DNA of 64,000 bases from Hemiscyllium ocellatum (GCF_020745735.1 NC_083403.1:125072526-125136525), one strand, 5' to 3'. Positions 1-13,390 are shown, counted from the stretch's first letter. Translations and numbers: made by a program. The notes: generated by a model not told the origin, from the letters alone.

Positions 1-420
1 ACCCAATATGAATTTGGTCTCCCCACTGCAGAGAGAAGATCATATTGGGAGCAGTGAACATAATGCACAAAATGCAAAGAAGAACATTAATTCATTCCTT
101 CACCTAGTACAGGTGTTTGGTGCTCTGACAGCTGGAAAAAATGATCAGCGGGTGTTGTATTTTTTCAGCTTGCATTGGGAAGGGGTAAGGTGTTGGGTTT
201 AATTGGAAAGAGGAACATATTTTCACAAAGCTGAAAAGGGAAGACAGGGGAGTGTGTTTACAAATGATACCATGGTGACTGGGGAGGAGAAGGTGAGAAG
301 AAGGGAAATCTTATCATGATTCAGAGAGCTCTGGGGAGAAATGAGATAGACACAGTTAAAGTTTCTATTAGCCACAGTGAAACAGAATTAAAAGTTGAGG
401 AAATAGGGAGCCTTGAAGGA
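1..420 (-). mobile_element. Highly degenerate Penelope-like GIY-YIG endonuclease remnant
   Basis: Frameshifted minus-strand reading VHYVHCSQYDLL../SGETK resembles the VYCIxCxxCxLLYIGETK motif. Confidence 0.45.
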
Positions 421-2449
421 TGCAAAGAAATTGAATCACTGCTTTATGTATTAAGTTATCCATAGTTACTTTATTTTTGTTTATTTTTAATACATTCAAC
501 ACTTTATGATTTCTTGTTTATTCCTTAATCTTATTCTTTGCTTGTATGAAATTTACTTATCTCATATTCCTAGTTGAAAAATAAGGTACAAATGTCATCA
601 ACGTTCAAAGGTTAATGCAATATATCATGAAAAAGCTTGTGTTGTGCTGTTTAAAACACAATATTAATATGCAGTGGTTAGGCTAAATAGCTACCAGGTA
701 CTAAGAAATGAGGCTGGGCAAAGTTTTTGGGCTCAGGGTTAGAGAGATGGTAGTGAGGTGGTAATGTTGCTGGACTAGTAAGCCACAGCACAAGCTAATG
801 CTCTGGGTATAGGGGTTCAATTGCCACAGAAGCAGCTAATAAAAAATCTGGAACGTAAAACAGTTCTTTATAATGATGATAACTAGCATTGATTGATGTG
901 AAGAAAAATCTAATTCGCAAGGAAGAAAATCTGCCATCCCTACCTAGTATAGCCTCCATATGAATCCAGATGTCTGTGGTTAACTCCAAACTGTTGCCTA
1001 GAAAACCATTAATTTAATAGACAACTTTGGAAAACAAATGGAAAAAGAAACCGTCTTCAAGCTTCAATGACACTATCTGAAGCAACGTATATAGTTTCCC
1101 ATTGAATAACCATTGATTATTCACCAATAGAATTCTATTTTAAATAATGAAATTGGTTATTCAGTCTGGATTGAGCCTGCATCAAATGGACAGTTTGGCT
1201 ATCATTTTCACAGAATCAGTGTGAGGAACACAACATGATACAATTTTCCTAAATTCCACAGATTAAAATCCCTTTCAAACTATAATCTCATCCAACAAAA
1301 TTATCAGAAGGATTACTGTCTTATGATCAGTCTTAGCTATCTATTGTTCCTTATACAATCTCAATTACTCCACAAGCGAAAGAATCACCATCCTGCCTGA
1401 TCAGCAAGTCTAAACAATGTTGTCCATTTTGAGTAAATATCTGGCTCTTTGCAATTTTTACAATTCAAGTAATTTATTCTGGATATTATCAGCACGTGCA
1501 TTATCCAGGCGGTCACTAGCATCCCCTCATAACTCTGATAGATGAATAATTTTAAAAACAACTTCTTCCAGTGTGTGGTGGAAATCAGCAGAAAATCCAT
1601 TTTCATCTAACTAAATTTCTATTTAGTTTTTCAAGAAATCTAATCCATTGGATGTTTCTTTGAAATATGTATTCATAGCAGATGTCATAAGTACTGGAAG
1701 ATATGGTAATTGTTGCCTTTATAAAATAATTTAAGTACAATGCTTGATGTATTTTAAAGTAATAGAGAGATTCTGTTACTATCGATCTTCTACTTGCAAC
1801 CATTACAGCAAATAACATTTTTTGCAGACTCCCTTTCAGATCACTTCTTTCTTAATTTTTTTCTCCTCTGTAATTGCTGGCTTGCAATATTATTGATATC
1901 TTATTAAGCTGTCCTAAAATATTACTACATTTAATTTGCAAAAATCTTCCTCATTTTTGGAAAAATTATTGTTGGAGTCATTGAGAGGGTGAAAGCTCAA
2001 CAACAGTGAGCTTTCCTTAAGAAAATGAACTTAATGATCCTGATTTGAGTTTACAATGAGTAGATTTAACTATCGGGTTCCCCTACTTAATGATGAATTT
2101 AGAATTAAAGCCTTCCACAGAACTCCTAGAGTGGGATCAAATTCTCTCTGATTGCAACAGTCATGTATGTTCCATTAAATGTGCGTAACTAGCGTCTTTT
2201 CTTTATATTTTACAGAGCTTTAAAAGAATTTAAATGGTGAACAAAACACATTTCAATTTTATCAGATGACTCCTAGATATGAACAGGACGTGCTTGTTAT
2301 TGAAGTGGTTTGATGCACCATTACAGTCAACATTTTAGATTTTATCTGTCTAAAAGTCTTCTGTCTGCTCACTGTAGAAATCATGTCTGAAATAAACTTG
2401 GTTGCAACTCAGTTGTGGTGGACTTCATGTAGGCATGCATGAACTGCAA

Positions 2450-2784
2450 GGAGAAAGTGAAGTCTGCAGATGCTCGAGATCAAAGCTGAAAATGTGTTGC
2501 TGGAAAAGCGCAGCAGGTCAGGCAGCATCCAAGGAACAGGAGATTCGACGTTTCGGGCATAAGCCCTTCTTCAGGAATTGAGGAGAAAATGAGGTCTGCA
2601 GATGCTGGAGATCAGAGCCGAAAATGTGTTGCTGGAAAAGCGCAGCAGGTCAGGCAGTATCCAAGGAACAGGAGATTCGACGTTTCGGGCATAAGCCCTT
2701 CTTCAGGCTTATGCCCGAAACGTCGAATCTCCTGTTCCTTGGATGCTGCCTGACCTGCTGCGCTTTTCCAGCAACACATTTTCA
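2450..2784 (-). mobile_element. Hammerhead-bearing short element (family A): two tandem 132-bp units plus an inverted arm
   Basis: Units start at 2449 and 2581; inverted partial copy 2706-2784. 16-bp TSD catgcatRaactgcaa at 2434-2449 and 2783-2798. Confidence 0.85.
2543..2578 (-). ncRNA. Minimal type I hammerhead ribozyme
   Basis: Minus strand: AUUC CUGAAGA A GGGC-UUAU-GCCC GAAA CG UC^GAAU. Helix I AUUC/GAAU, palindromic ACGU helix III. Confidence 0.82.
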
Positions 2785-3209
2785 TGCATAAACTGCAATC
2801 AAGTTGACATGTCATCTAAAAGCTAGCATGCCCACTGTAGGACATGTAACATTTACAATGGTGCCGCATCAAGTGTTACCCTGAGGTCAAGGATAATGGA
2901 ACAGTGGAGATGAAGCAAGTTTGCATATGGTTTAGACATCAACTCTAAATATTTGCGAACATGAAATTTGGCTTTACAATGAATGACAGAGGGGTGAATA
3001 AATTCCTCTCTTATCATTCCTGAAGTTGCTTGAACAATATCTGAATATTTTTAATGATTTGACTTCTCAATTCATTATGTTTTGACCATATGATAAAGAG
3101 AAAGGTAGACAGATCTCAAGCTAACCAACATGTATGAAAATGATATTAATCGTCCTCTACAATCTTTGCTGGTTAGTCTGACAGATCTGGTATCATATTT
3201 ATACTCGTC

Positions 3210-6200
3210 GAATCATGGAGCCATAGAGTATTAGAGTCCTACAGCATGGAGACAGGGCCTTGTGCCCAAATTGGTTCATGCCAACCAAAATGTCAATCCA
3301 TGCTAACCTCATTTCTCTGCACTTGGATATCCTTCTAAACTTTTCTGATCCATGTATTTGTCCAAATGCCTTTTAGTTGTCATTAATGAACCCTCTAAAC
3401 CACACAACATTTTTGTACCCTCTTCAAAATCTCCACATCTTCTGGTCGTGTGACAACAGATGTGGCTGAACTAAAATTCAGCACAGCTGCAATATGATAC
3501 TAATTTTTATGTTCTATGTCCTGACCAATGAAGGCAAGCATGCTATATGCCTTCCTGATCACCATATCCACTCAGGTTGTCACTTTCAGGAACTGTGGAC
3601 TTATAGGTATAGATTCATCTCTATGTTGATGCTACTAAGAGTTCTGCCATTTACTGTATATTTCCCCCTGTATTAGATTAGATTCCCTACAGTGTGGAAA
3701 CAGGCCACAGACAGTCACCTGAGGCTGGACTTGAACCTGCGATCTGGGTGCTGTGAGTCATCATGCCACCCCATCTGCATTATGCAGCCCATATGTTCCA
3801 AAACAAATCACCTTGCTTATACCCAGGTTAAACTTCATCTGCCATTTCTCTGCCCACATCTCCAGCCTATCTCTATTCTACTGTACCCTCTGGTAGTCCT
3901 CCTCATGATCCGCAGATCCCCCAATTTTTGCAAGCTTACTAATCAGGCCATCTACATCCTTCCTCCATATCATTTGTATATATTACAAACAACAGGGATG
4001 CCAGCACTAATGCTTGTGGAACACCACGGGTCACAGATATCCAGTCAGAAAAATGCCCTTTTTCCACTACTCTCTGTCTTCTATGACTAACCCAGTTCTG
4101 TATCCATCTTACCAGCTCATCATGGATCTTACGTGACTTCACCTTTTGAATCAGCCTGGCAGGAGGGATCTTGTCAAAGGTCTTGCTAAAGTCCATATGG
4201 ACAACATCGACCAACCTGCCCTCGTCAATCATTTTTTTCACTTCCTTAAAAACACTCAATCAAGTTTGTGAGATGCGACCTCCTCTACACAAAGGCATGC
4301 TGTTTGTTGCTAATAAATCCTTCATTTTCCAAATGTCAGTAAATCCTATTCCTAAGAATCTTCTCAAATAATTTCCCAACCACTGACGTAAGTTTCAACG
4401 GCCTGTAATTTCCTGGATTATCCCTATTGCTATTCTTAAACAAAGGGACAACATTGGCTATTCTCCAATCCTCTAGGATCGCTTTTGTACCGAAAGAGGA
4501 TACAACGATTTCATACAAAGCTCCAGTAATTTCTTCACCTGCTCCTTCAGCATTCTGGGATAAATCCCCGAAGGGCTTGTCTACCTTTATGCTTTCTGAA
4601 ATACTGAACGCCTCCTACTTTTTTATATTATCATATGCTAGAATATCAACATACCCTCCTCTGACTCACCATCCACCATGTCCTTCTCCACCAATGCAAA
4701 TATTCATTCAGGACCTCACCCATTTCCTCCAGTTCCATGCATAACTTGCATCCTTTGTCCTTGAGTTGGCCTACCCTTTCACCCACTACCCTTAAACTCC
4801 TTATGTGTGTTTTAAAATGCCTTGATATTTTCTTTAATCTTGTTTGTCAAACACATTTCATGATCCATTTTAGCCCTTATAATTCCTTGTTTGAGTTCTT
4901 TTCTGCTATCATTTTACTCTTTGAGAACTTTATCTGTCTTATTTTTCCTAAACCTTATATGTTCCTTCTTTTTCTTTTTGATTAAGCTCTCAATTTCTTG
5001 TGTTATGCAAAGTTCCTGAATCTTGCCATCCTTATTCTTCATTTTCACAGGAACACGCTGTTCCCAAAATCTAATCAACTGACCTTTAAAAAATTCCCAT
5101 ATGCCAGGTGTGAATTTACCCTCAAACAACCACCCCCATCTACATTTCCCAGTTCCTGCCTAATATTGTGGTTGTTGCATTCTCCCACTTTAGTACTTTC
5201 AACAAAAAACTGATCTTATCCTTATCTATAAGTTACTTAAAACTTACAGAATTCCCCTGTTGGATTATTTGTATACTGTTTCAAAAGACTATCCTGGACA
5301 CACCGAACAAATTCTTTCCCAACCAAGCCCTTGCAACTTAGGGAGTCCCCACCAATACAGGGAAATTAAAATCACTCACCATAACAGCCCTTTTTCTTTG
5401 CATTTTTTCCATAATCTGTCACATATCTGTTCCCCTGTCACCCACTGGCTGTTGGGAGGCCTGGAGTACAATCCCATTAAGTTTCTATCTGGGCTCTACC
5501 CATCTGATCTTGCTGGATTAGCCCACCAAGGTATCCTCCTTTAGTATAGCTGTGATATTCTCCCTTATTAGTTACCCAACTCTCCCACCTCTTTTAAGCC
5601 ACTTTTTATCTTGCCTGAAATGTTTAAACCTTGGAATGTTAAGCTGCCAGTCTTGTCCCTCTCTCAACCAAGTCTCTGTAATAGCACAACACCATAATTA
5701 CCTGTCTTAATCCAACCTCTAAATTCATCTGCCTTACCTGTCACACTCCTCACATTAAAACAAGTGCACCTCGGGTTGCTGGCCTTGTCATGTTCAGTAA
5801 CCTCTCCCCGTCTATTTTTCCTTCCAGCCTTACTGGCCTTTGTCTCTGACTCCTCCTCAGGCACTTTACTTGCTGGACTACTGCTCTAGCTCCTGCCTCC
5901 TTCACCCCCCACCCCAATCCCGCGTCACCTTAGTTTAAACCCTCCCAGATGGCACAAGCAAATCTCCCTGCCAGCATATTGATGCCTCTCCAATTTAGGC
6001 ATAACCTGTTCCTCCTATCCTGGAAAATATCCCAATGATGCACGAACCTGAAGTCCTCCCTCCTACACCAGTTCTTTAGCTGCACATTTAACTGTACTAT
6101 CTTCCTATTCCTAGCCTCACTGGCACATAGCACAGAACATAATCTCAAGAATACAGGTCCACAGTCCTGATTTTCAACTTCCTACTTAACCCCATGAACT

Positions 6201-6230
6201 CTCTTTGCAAGACCTCATCTTTCTTCCTGC
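3210..6230 (-). mobile_element. Degenerate CR1 LINE (ORF1 esterase end, ORF2 fragments), SINE fragment inserted at about 3673-3770
   Basis: ORF fragments DWRIANVVPLFK..GNYRP, DFSKTFDKIP, WCRREDFRF. Confidence 0.88.
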
Positions 6231-8045
6231 TGACGGGAGTAAGCTATCCTAGTTCTGGATTAGTGGTGCTGGAAGAGCACAGCAGCTCAGGAAATATCCA
6301 CGGAGCAGCGAAATCGACGTTTCGGGCAAAATGACTGATGAAGGGCTTTTGCCCGAAACGTCGATTTCGCTGCTCCATGGATGCTGCCTGAACTGCTGTG
6401 CTCTTCCAGCATCACTAATCCAGAATCTGGTTTCCAGCATCTTTAGTCATTGTTTTTACCTCGCAAGCTATCCTAGATCTGGTCCTGTGTAATGAGATAG
6501 GAATAATTAATGGCCTTATAGTTAGGGATCCTCTTGGAAGGAGTGATCACAGTATGGTTGAATTTAGAATACCCATGGAGAGTGTGAAAATAAAATCCAA
6601 TACCAGGGTCCTGTGCTTAAACAAGGGAGCCTACAATAGAATGAGGGACGATTTGGCTAAAGTAGTCAGGAAACAAAGATTGTACAGTGGGACAGTTGAC
6701 GAGCACTAGACGACTTTCAAAGCAATTTTTCAAAGAGCTCAGCAAAAGTGTATTCCATTGAAAAGGAAGGACTGTAAGAAAAGGGGTAATCTTCCATGGT
6801 TATCTAAGGAAATAAGGAAGGGTATCAAATTGAAAGAGAAGGCATACAAAGTGGCCAAAAACAGCATGAAACGAGAAGATTGGGAAAACTTTAAAGGTGC
6901 ACAGAAAGCCACAAAAAGAGCTATAAAGAAAAGTAAGAGACTCTATGACATGAGAAAAAAACTAGCACCGAATATAAAGACAGATAGCAAAAGTTTCTGT
7001 AAATATATAAAATGAAAAAGAGTGGCTAAAGTAAGCATTGGTCCTTTAGAGGATGAGAAGAGGCATTTAGCTATGGGATATGAGGAAATGGCCAATGCAT
7101 TGAACAGGTATTTTATATTGGTCTTCACAGTGGAGGATACTAATAACACCCCAGTAATTGACAAAAGACAGAGGAAGGTGTCGACCTGGAAACAATCCTT
7201 ATTACAGAAGACATAATGTTGGGCAAGCTAATGGAGCTAAGAATGGACAGATGCAGCATGGATTCATGAAGGGTAGTTCATGCTTAACAAATCTTTTGGA
7301 ATTCTATGAAGGCATTATAAGCAAGGTGAACAATGGGGACCCAGTGGATGTGGTGTACCTAGATTTCCAAAAGCCCTTCGACAAGGTGCCACACAAGAGG
7401 CTGCTGCACAAGATAAGGATGCATGGCAAAGTATTAGCATAATAAGGGATTGGTTGACTAGCAGGACAATTTTTATCGAGATGCCTTGCTACTTCTTCTT
7501 TGATAATAGACTTAAGCATCTTCCCCACTACAGAGGTTAAGCTAACCAGTCTATACTTCCCCATCTTTTGTCAAACTCACTTTTTAAGCAGTAGCATCAC
7601 ATTTGCTGTTTTCCAATCTGCTGGGATTGCCCCAGAGTCCAGTGAATTTTGGAAAATTACCACCAGTGCACTTGCTATTTCTCCCATCATCCTTTTTAAT
7701 ACCCTAGAAAAGGGGTAATCTTCCATGGTTATCTAAGGAAATAAGGAAGGGTATCAAATTGAAAGAGAAGGCATACAAAGTGGCCAAAAACAGCATGAAA
7801 CGAGAAGATTGGGAAAACTTTAAAGGTGCACAGAAAGCCACAAAAAGAGCTATAAAGAAAAGTAAGAGACTCTATGACATGAGAAAAAAACTAGCACCGA
7901 ATATAAAGACAGATAGCAAAAGTTTCTGTAAATATATAAAATGAAAAAGAGTGGCTAAAGTAAGCATTGGTCCTTTAGAGGATGAGAAGAGGCATTTAGC
8001 CAGGAGACTTGTCCATTCTTAGCTCCATTAGCTTGCTCCCCATCA
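6230..8045. mobile_element. Rearranged CR1 ORF2 fragment (deletion, inversion, 295-bp duplication)
   Basis: Plus-strand RT pieces, inverted block 7463-7705, and 6777-7071 repeated at 7706-8000. Confidence 0.85.
6253..6464 (+). mobile_element. Fold-back hammerhead element (family A variant) inserted in a CR1
   Basis: Inverted arms. Core CTGATGA AGGGC TTTT GCCC GAAACGTC at 6335-6362. TSD aagctatcctag at 6241-6252 and 6465-6476. Confidence 0.82.
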
Positions 8046-9345
8046 ACTCATGGATCTATCCTGATGCATCTTAAATGAATCTACCGTGCCTGCGTCTACC
8101 ACCTCTGCTGGTAACGTATTCCAAATGCCCACCATCCTCTGTGTAAAGTACTTGCCGCGTGTATCCCCCTTAAACTTTCCACCTTTCACCATGAAAGCAT
8201 GACCTCTCGTTATTGATTCCTTCACCCTGGGAAAAAGCTTGTCTCTATCTACCCCGTCTATACCCTTCATGATTTTGTAAACCTCAATCAGGTTCTCCCC
8301 TCAATCTCCTTTTTTCTAATGAAAATAAACCTAACCTACTCAACCCCTCTTCATAGCTAGCACCTTCCATACCAGGCAACATCCTCATAAACCTTCTCTG
8401 CACCCTCTCTAAAGTGTCCACATCCTTTTGGTAATATGGCGACCAGAACTGTACACAGTATTCCAAATCCGGCTGAACCAATGTCTTGTACAATTTTAAC
8501 ATGTCTTGCCAGCTCTTATACTCAATACCCCATCCAATGAAGGTAAGCATACTATATGCCTTCTTGACCACTCTATCCACCTGTGCAGCAACCTTCAGGG
8601 TACAATGGACCTGCACTCCCAGATCTCTCTGTCCATCAACTTTTCCCATGGCTCTTCTGTTCATTGTATAATTTGTTCTAGAATTAGTCTTGCCTAAATG
8701 CATCACCTCACATTTGTCTGGATTGAAATCCATCTGCCGCTTTTCCACCCAACTCTCCAGTCTACCTATATCCTCCTGTATTCTCTGACAGTCCCTTATG
8801 CTTTCTGCTACTCCACCAATCTTCATGTCATTTGCAAACTTGCTGATCATACCAACAGTGCACTCTTCCAGATCATTTATGTACATTACAAACAACAGTG
8901 GCCCCAACACTGACCCCCATCGAACAACACTGGTCACCTTTCTCCATTTCGAGAAACTCCCTTCAATTACTACTCCCTGTCTCCTGTTGCTCAATCAGTT
9001 CTTTATCCACCCAGCTAGAACACCCTGCACACCATGTGACTTCACTTTCTCCATTAGTCTACCATGGGGAGCCTTATCAAATGCCTTACTAAAGTCCATG
9101 TATATGACATCAATAGACCTTCCTTCATCTATCAACTTGGTCACTTCCTCGAAGAACTCTATTAAGGTGGTAAGGCACGATCTCCCCTGCACAAGACCAT
9201 GTTGCCGATCACTGATAAGCCCATTCTTTCCAAAATATAAATAGATCCTATCCCTCAGTACCCTCTCCAGCAACTTCCCCACCACTGACGTCAGGCTCAC
9301 TGGTCTGTAGTTACCCGGAATATCCCTACTACCCTTCTTGTACAG
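8046..9345 (-). mobile_element. CR1 LINE RT/3' region
   Basis: ORFs 8995-9354, 8284-8994 and 8043-8270 with [28 protein letters not shown]. Confidence 0.92.
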
Positions 9346-11834
9346 TAAAAACACCTCCAGTTTTCATGTTAGCAGTAATCCCTGCTAGCTGCCCCCGGAA
9401 ATTATCCTCATTTTGATCATTTGAATCCCTGTGAGGCCGTCTCCAATCTGACGGCCATAGTGTACCTAGAGAACCCCAAAATATGACACTTGAGGCCCTC
9501 ATTTTATATCTTCTTAGTTACAAGTTGGTGTTGAAATCTAGTTTGTTCATAACGTGGTCATCTTCAATTCAATTTTATGTGTCCATGTGCATACATTGTT
9601 TTTTTTACTTGAAGACAGTGGAGTGTTTTAGAATGTTCACTTTATCTGAAAAATGAACAACCCTTTATTCATGAGTAGCTCTACTGTTTGAGTCTCAAGT
9701 ATAACGCGGTTAATGACACACTGGATGTGTTCTGCTGAGGGCTTTCCCACAGTCTGTTTTTACAATTTGATTAAAAAAAAGAAATGTAATCAGTAGAAAT
9801 TAATTTTATAAAGGCAGCCTTTATTGGCTACTGATTACTAATTGCATATCCTTCCATTACAGCATAATTAGGGTCCTTTTTCAAAACAATTGACTGTTGT
9901 TGGTCAGGTTGCTACATATAATTCTAGTTTGTTGGTGTTCCATATTCATTACTATGGTTGTATGGCAACACAAAATTATTTTTTGTTTTGTTAGCTAAGC
10001 AGAATGCATATGTTCATTAAAAAAAATTTAAATGACCAAAATTAAGCAAAACAAATATTTAACTTAAAAATTCCAAAATCCAAGATTACTTACACAATCT
10101 TAAATTTTGTAGCAGCTCTCAGCTGCATGGCCTATATCTCACAATTTGGTGATACCCATAAATTGTGACATTGTTCTTCTTGGTCCAAGTTGGTTTTCTA
10201 AAGATGGATAAGATTGGACCTAGACAATCCTTGTGAAACATCTCCTTACCATTTATCTGAGTGACTACCTTTAACCACTGCTCTCTGTTTTCTGGTTTGC
10301 ACTTAGTTATGTGAAATATCTATTACTTTTCCCCTGACTCAACATTCTCTCGCCTTAGTCACAGTCCTAAAATGCAAAAGGTTGCCAAAGGAAATCAGCT
10401 GCCTCATTGCATGAGTTCATCTTGATTTCTAAGTTTTGTACCTCCAAACTGTAGAGTGAGTGTGCTGTTTTCCTGCATGAAATAAGCCAAACTGTATTTA
10501 AAGGGGCAGTACCACAATGGAAATTGGACGTGTTCAGGATCCTGATTTAATCATGCTATGCTGGAATTACAGCAAGGTGCAGTCCAGAGCAAGAGGACTT
10601 AATTTTCTCCAATAATGGAAGAAGAAGAAATCTGCCATTCTCACTAAGATAGTTTAGTTGGAGAAAGCTAAGGAAGGTGAGCAATAAAACAGCATTGTGT
10701 CCATGTCATAGATGCAATGTAGAAAGCAGTCTAATGGCTTAAGTAGGTGAGAAAAAAATGGTACGCTTGTTGATTCACATAGATCGTATTCTCTAAGCTT
10801 GCCTTCCTTTCGGTTTGATTTGCAAAGCGTTCTCCATCACACAAATCTTCACACTCACTTAACTTGAGGAAGCATCCAGCCTTAGTTTTCTGCATGATTC
10901 AACAACTCCTCATTCTCCCAGACACCAGTGTCAGGCATCTCATTTCTTAAGAATTGTGATGCATGTACCTTATTGTCATCCTCACTGAATGTAATACATC
11001 CATTTAACAAATGCTTCATCTTCACTCTGCTTTTTCACCCACTCCTTGTGCAGAGCTGCACAAAATGCACAGCAAGTGAAATGGAATTGTAGGTGGGGTG
11101 CCATAAACAAGACAGCTCACAGATGCAGAAGTGGACTATATGGAAATAAATCACTTATCTGTATCCCTCTCAGTCAGAGTTCGAGAGTGGCAGACCTCCC
11201 AATTAAGCATGTGCTCCCTCCATTTTAAAAATGACTAATCGATGAAAAAATTGAGTTATGGTGATAATTAGAGTTGTTGACATTGCTTCAACTTAATCAC
11301 CTCCCCACAACGAAAATGAGAAAGTAAGAAATAGGAAACATTTCCTCCTGAGTGGTGTCCACTATTCAAGAGGATTTCTGCTGATCTTTGACCTCAATGC
11401 TATTTTCTCACGAAATTCCCAATGTCTTGTTTCCATTACAGTGTAAAATTTATCTACCTCAGCCTTGAGTACACTCTATATTGAACACTTGGGATAAAGA
11501 ATTCTTGTTATAATTGAAAAGAGCTTCGGTACTAAAACCAGTCTGACTCCAGGGTAAGAGACTGACAGACTCTAAACAAGGCCTCACACCTAAAATACAT
11601 TGGCTGACCTGTAATGTCACCTCTTTTATATTGATAAAACCTTAAATTATCTCGGGGCAGTGATTTGAAAGAAATTCTAGGATTTACATATTAATGAATC
11701 GAAACCTGAAGCTCCATTCTAACTGATTAAAGAATTAACAGTAATCCAGGTTTGCTCAATACATTTGCAGCAGTTGTGTGAACCTTTGATCTTTTATTTA
11801 TAAGTTCTGTGTCCAATGCATCCTCTCTCACTAG

Positions 11835-11871
11835 CTACCTGAAGAAGGAGTGAGGCTTTGAAAGCTTGTGG
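11835..11871 (+). ncRNA. Degenerate hammerhead ribozyme, family B, in a Penelope-type terminal repeat (about 11525-11940)
   Basis: CUAC CUGAAGA A GGAGU-GAG-GCUUU GAAA GC UU^GUGG. Helix I CUAC/GUGG, palindromic AAGCUU, helix II mostly G-U wobbles. Followed by AATAAA. Confidence 0.6.
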
Positions 11872-11940
11872 TTTCAAATAAACCTGTTGGTCTATAATCC
11901 GGTGTCATGTGAATTTTGACTTTGTCCACCCCAGTCCAAT

Positions 11941-12258
11941 CGGGCGGCACGGTGGCACAGTGGTTAGCACTGCTGCCTCACAGCGCCTGTAGACCCGGGT
12001 TAAATTCCCGACTCAGGCAACTGACTGTGTGGAGTTTGCACGTTCTCCCCGTGTCTGCGTGGGTTTCCTCCGGGTGCTCCGGTTTCCTCTCACAGTCACA
12101 AAGATGTGCGGGTCAGGTGAATTGGCCAAGCTAAATTGCCCCTAGTGTTAGGTAAGGGGTAAATGTAGGGGTATGGGTGGGTTGCGCTTCGGTGGGTCGG
12201 TGTGGACTTGTTGGGCCGAAGGGCCTGTTTCCACACTGTAAGTCTAATCTAATCTAAT
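11941..12258 (+). mobile_element. HE1/V-SINE-like tRNA-derived SINE, full length
   Basis: A/B-box head ggcacggtggcacagtggttagcactgctgcctcacagcgcc, V-type core ttctccccgtgtctgcgtgggtttcctccggg, (ctaat)n tail. Confidence 0.88.
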
Positions 12259-12702
12259 ATCAAACATTGGCACCGCAGCATAAAATGGTTGGCATGGGCA
12301 GGCAGATGAGAATGAGATGGCCATCTTTTTCAGAAAGACTCTGTTGAAAAGGCAAGAAGGCAGTGTGTACTTTTGGAGGGAGGATGGTGTGCTCTGTGTG
12401 TATTGCCCACACAAGTTATTTGCTCTCCTTGATTCCCCCCCAGTCGTGCCTTCAAAAACCCATCCACGATTCTCCTCCCAATGTCCCCAATCTCTGTTGT
12501 GCCTGAAAGGTTGGAATGACTTTAAATCAATACTCATTGTTCTTTTCCCAACCTAGAAATAACACCAGTGAGATTAGGCATTGTTTGCCTGTCTCTCGCC
12601 TGCTTACGGCTGACCATAGTGAATTATAATTTTAGGACAGCTGTGTTCCACATCACACGATGCAGCACTGAATTTTCCTTCTGGTGTTGGACAAGTAGTA
12701 TA

Positions 12703-12936
12703 CAAAGTCGAAGAGTGTGGCGCTGGAAAAGCACAGCCAGTCAGGCAGCATCCAAGGAGCAGGAGAATTGACATTTCGAGCATAAGCCCTTCATCAGGAA
12801 TGAGGGGTGGCTGATGAAGAACGTATGCTTGAAACATCGATTCTCCTGCTCCTCGGATGCTGCCTGACTGGCTGTGCTTTTCTAGCACCACAGTCTTTGA
12901 CACTGATCTCCAGCATCTGCAGTCCTTACTTCCTCC
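12703..12936. mobile_element. Older fold-back hammerhead element (family A), cores decayed
   Basis: Inverted arms homologous to 2450-2784, with CTGATGA remnants on both strands. Degenerate TSD aagYagtat. Confidence 0.75.
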
Positions 12937-13119
12937 AAGCAGTATGTAGTCACCCCTTCTGCAAATTTAAGCCCTGGTCTCTTCTAATGTCCTCAGAGAG
13001 ATAAGGGAAAGGTAAATCAAATATTGCCTCATCTAAAAGCACGTTTGCCTTGGAATAATATTTAAACTACAGCTTGTAGATTTCTGTGCAAAATCAAACT
13101 CAAAATATCATCTTTTTCA

Positions 13120-13390
13120 GGATGAGAAGAGAAGGCTTTAAAAAAAGACATGGGGGCAATTTTATTTTACATAGGGAATGGTTCGGGTGTGGAATGAACT
13201 TCAAGAGGAAGTGGTGAACAGTTATAACATTTGAAAGACATTTAGCTAAATACATGAAACAGAAATGTTTGGAGGGAGAAGGGCCAAATGCAAGCAGGTG
13301 GGACTAGTTCAGTTTGAGATTATGGTCAGCATGGACTGACGAGACTGAAGGGTCTGTTTCCGTGCTGTCTGAATCTATAACTCTATAACT
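13120..13390 (+). mobile_element. CR1 3' end fragment
   Basis: Homologous to the other CR1 3'UTRs; (ctataa/ctctat) tail. Confidence 0.75.

Noticed and set aside
2612-2815. Recurrent short ORFs containing MPETSN.LFLGCCLTCCA (also 12807, 25729, 34489, 36701, 51384)
   Set aside because: Translations of the hammerhead repeat with inconsistent starts and ends; not a peptide family.
6253-6464. Classification of the fold-back elements as MITEs or DNA transposons
   Set aside because: TSDs vary from 8 to 16 bp, the arms are asymmetric, and single-arm and tandem copies exist. This fits retrotransposition, not TIR transposition.
9360-11500. Possible additional gene in AT-rich unique sequence
   Set aside because: No recognisable ORF or exon pattern that I can support.
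11941-12020. tRNA gene
   Set aside because: tRNA-like head of a SINE, continuous with the SINE core and tail and repeated several times in the window.
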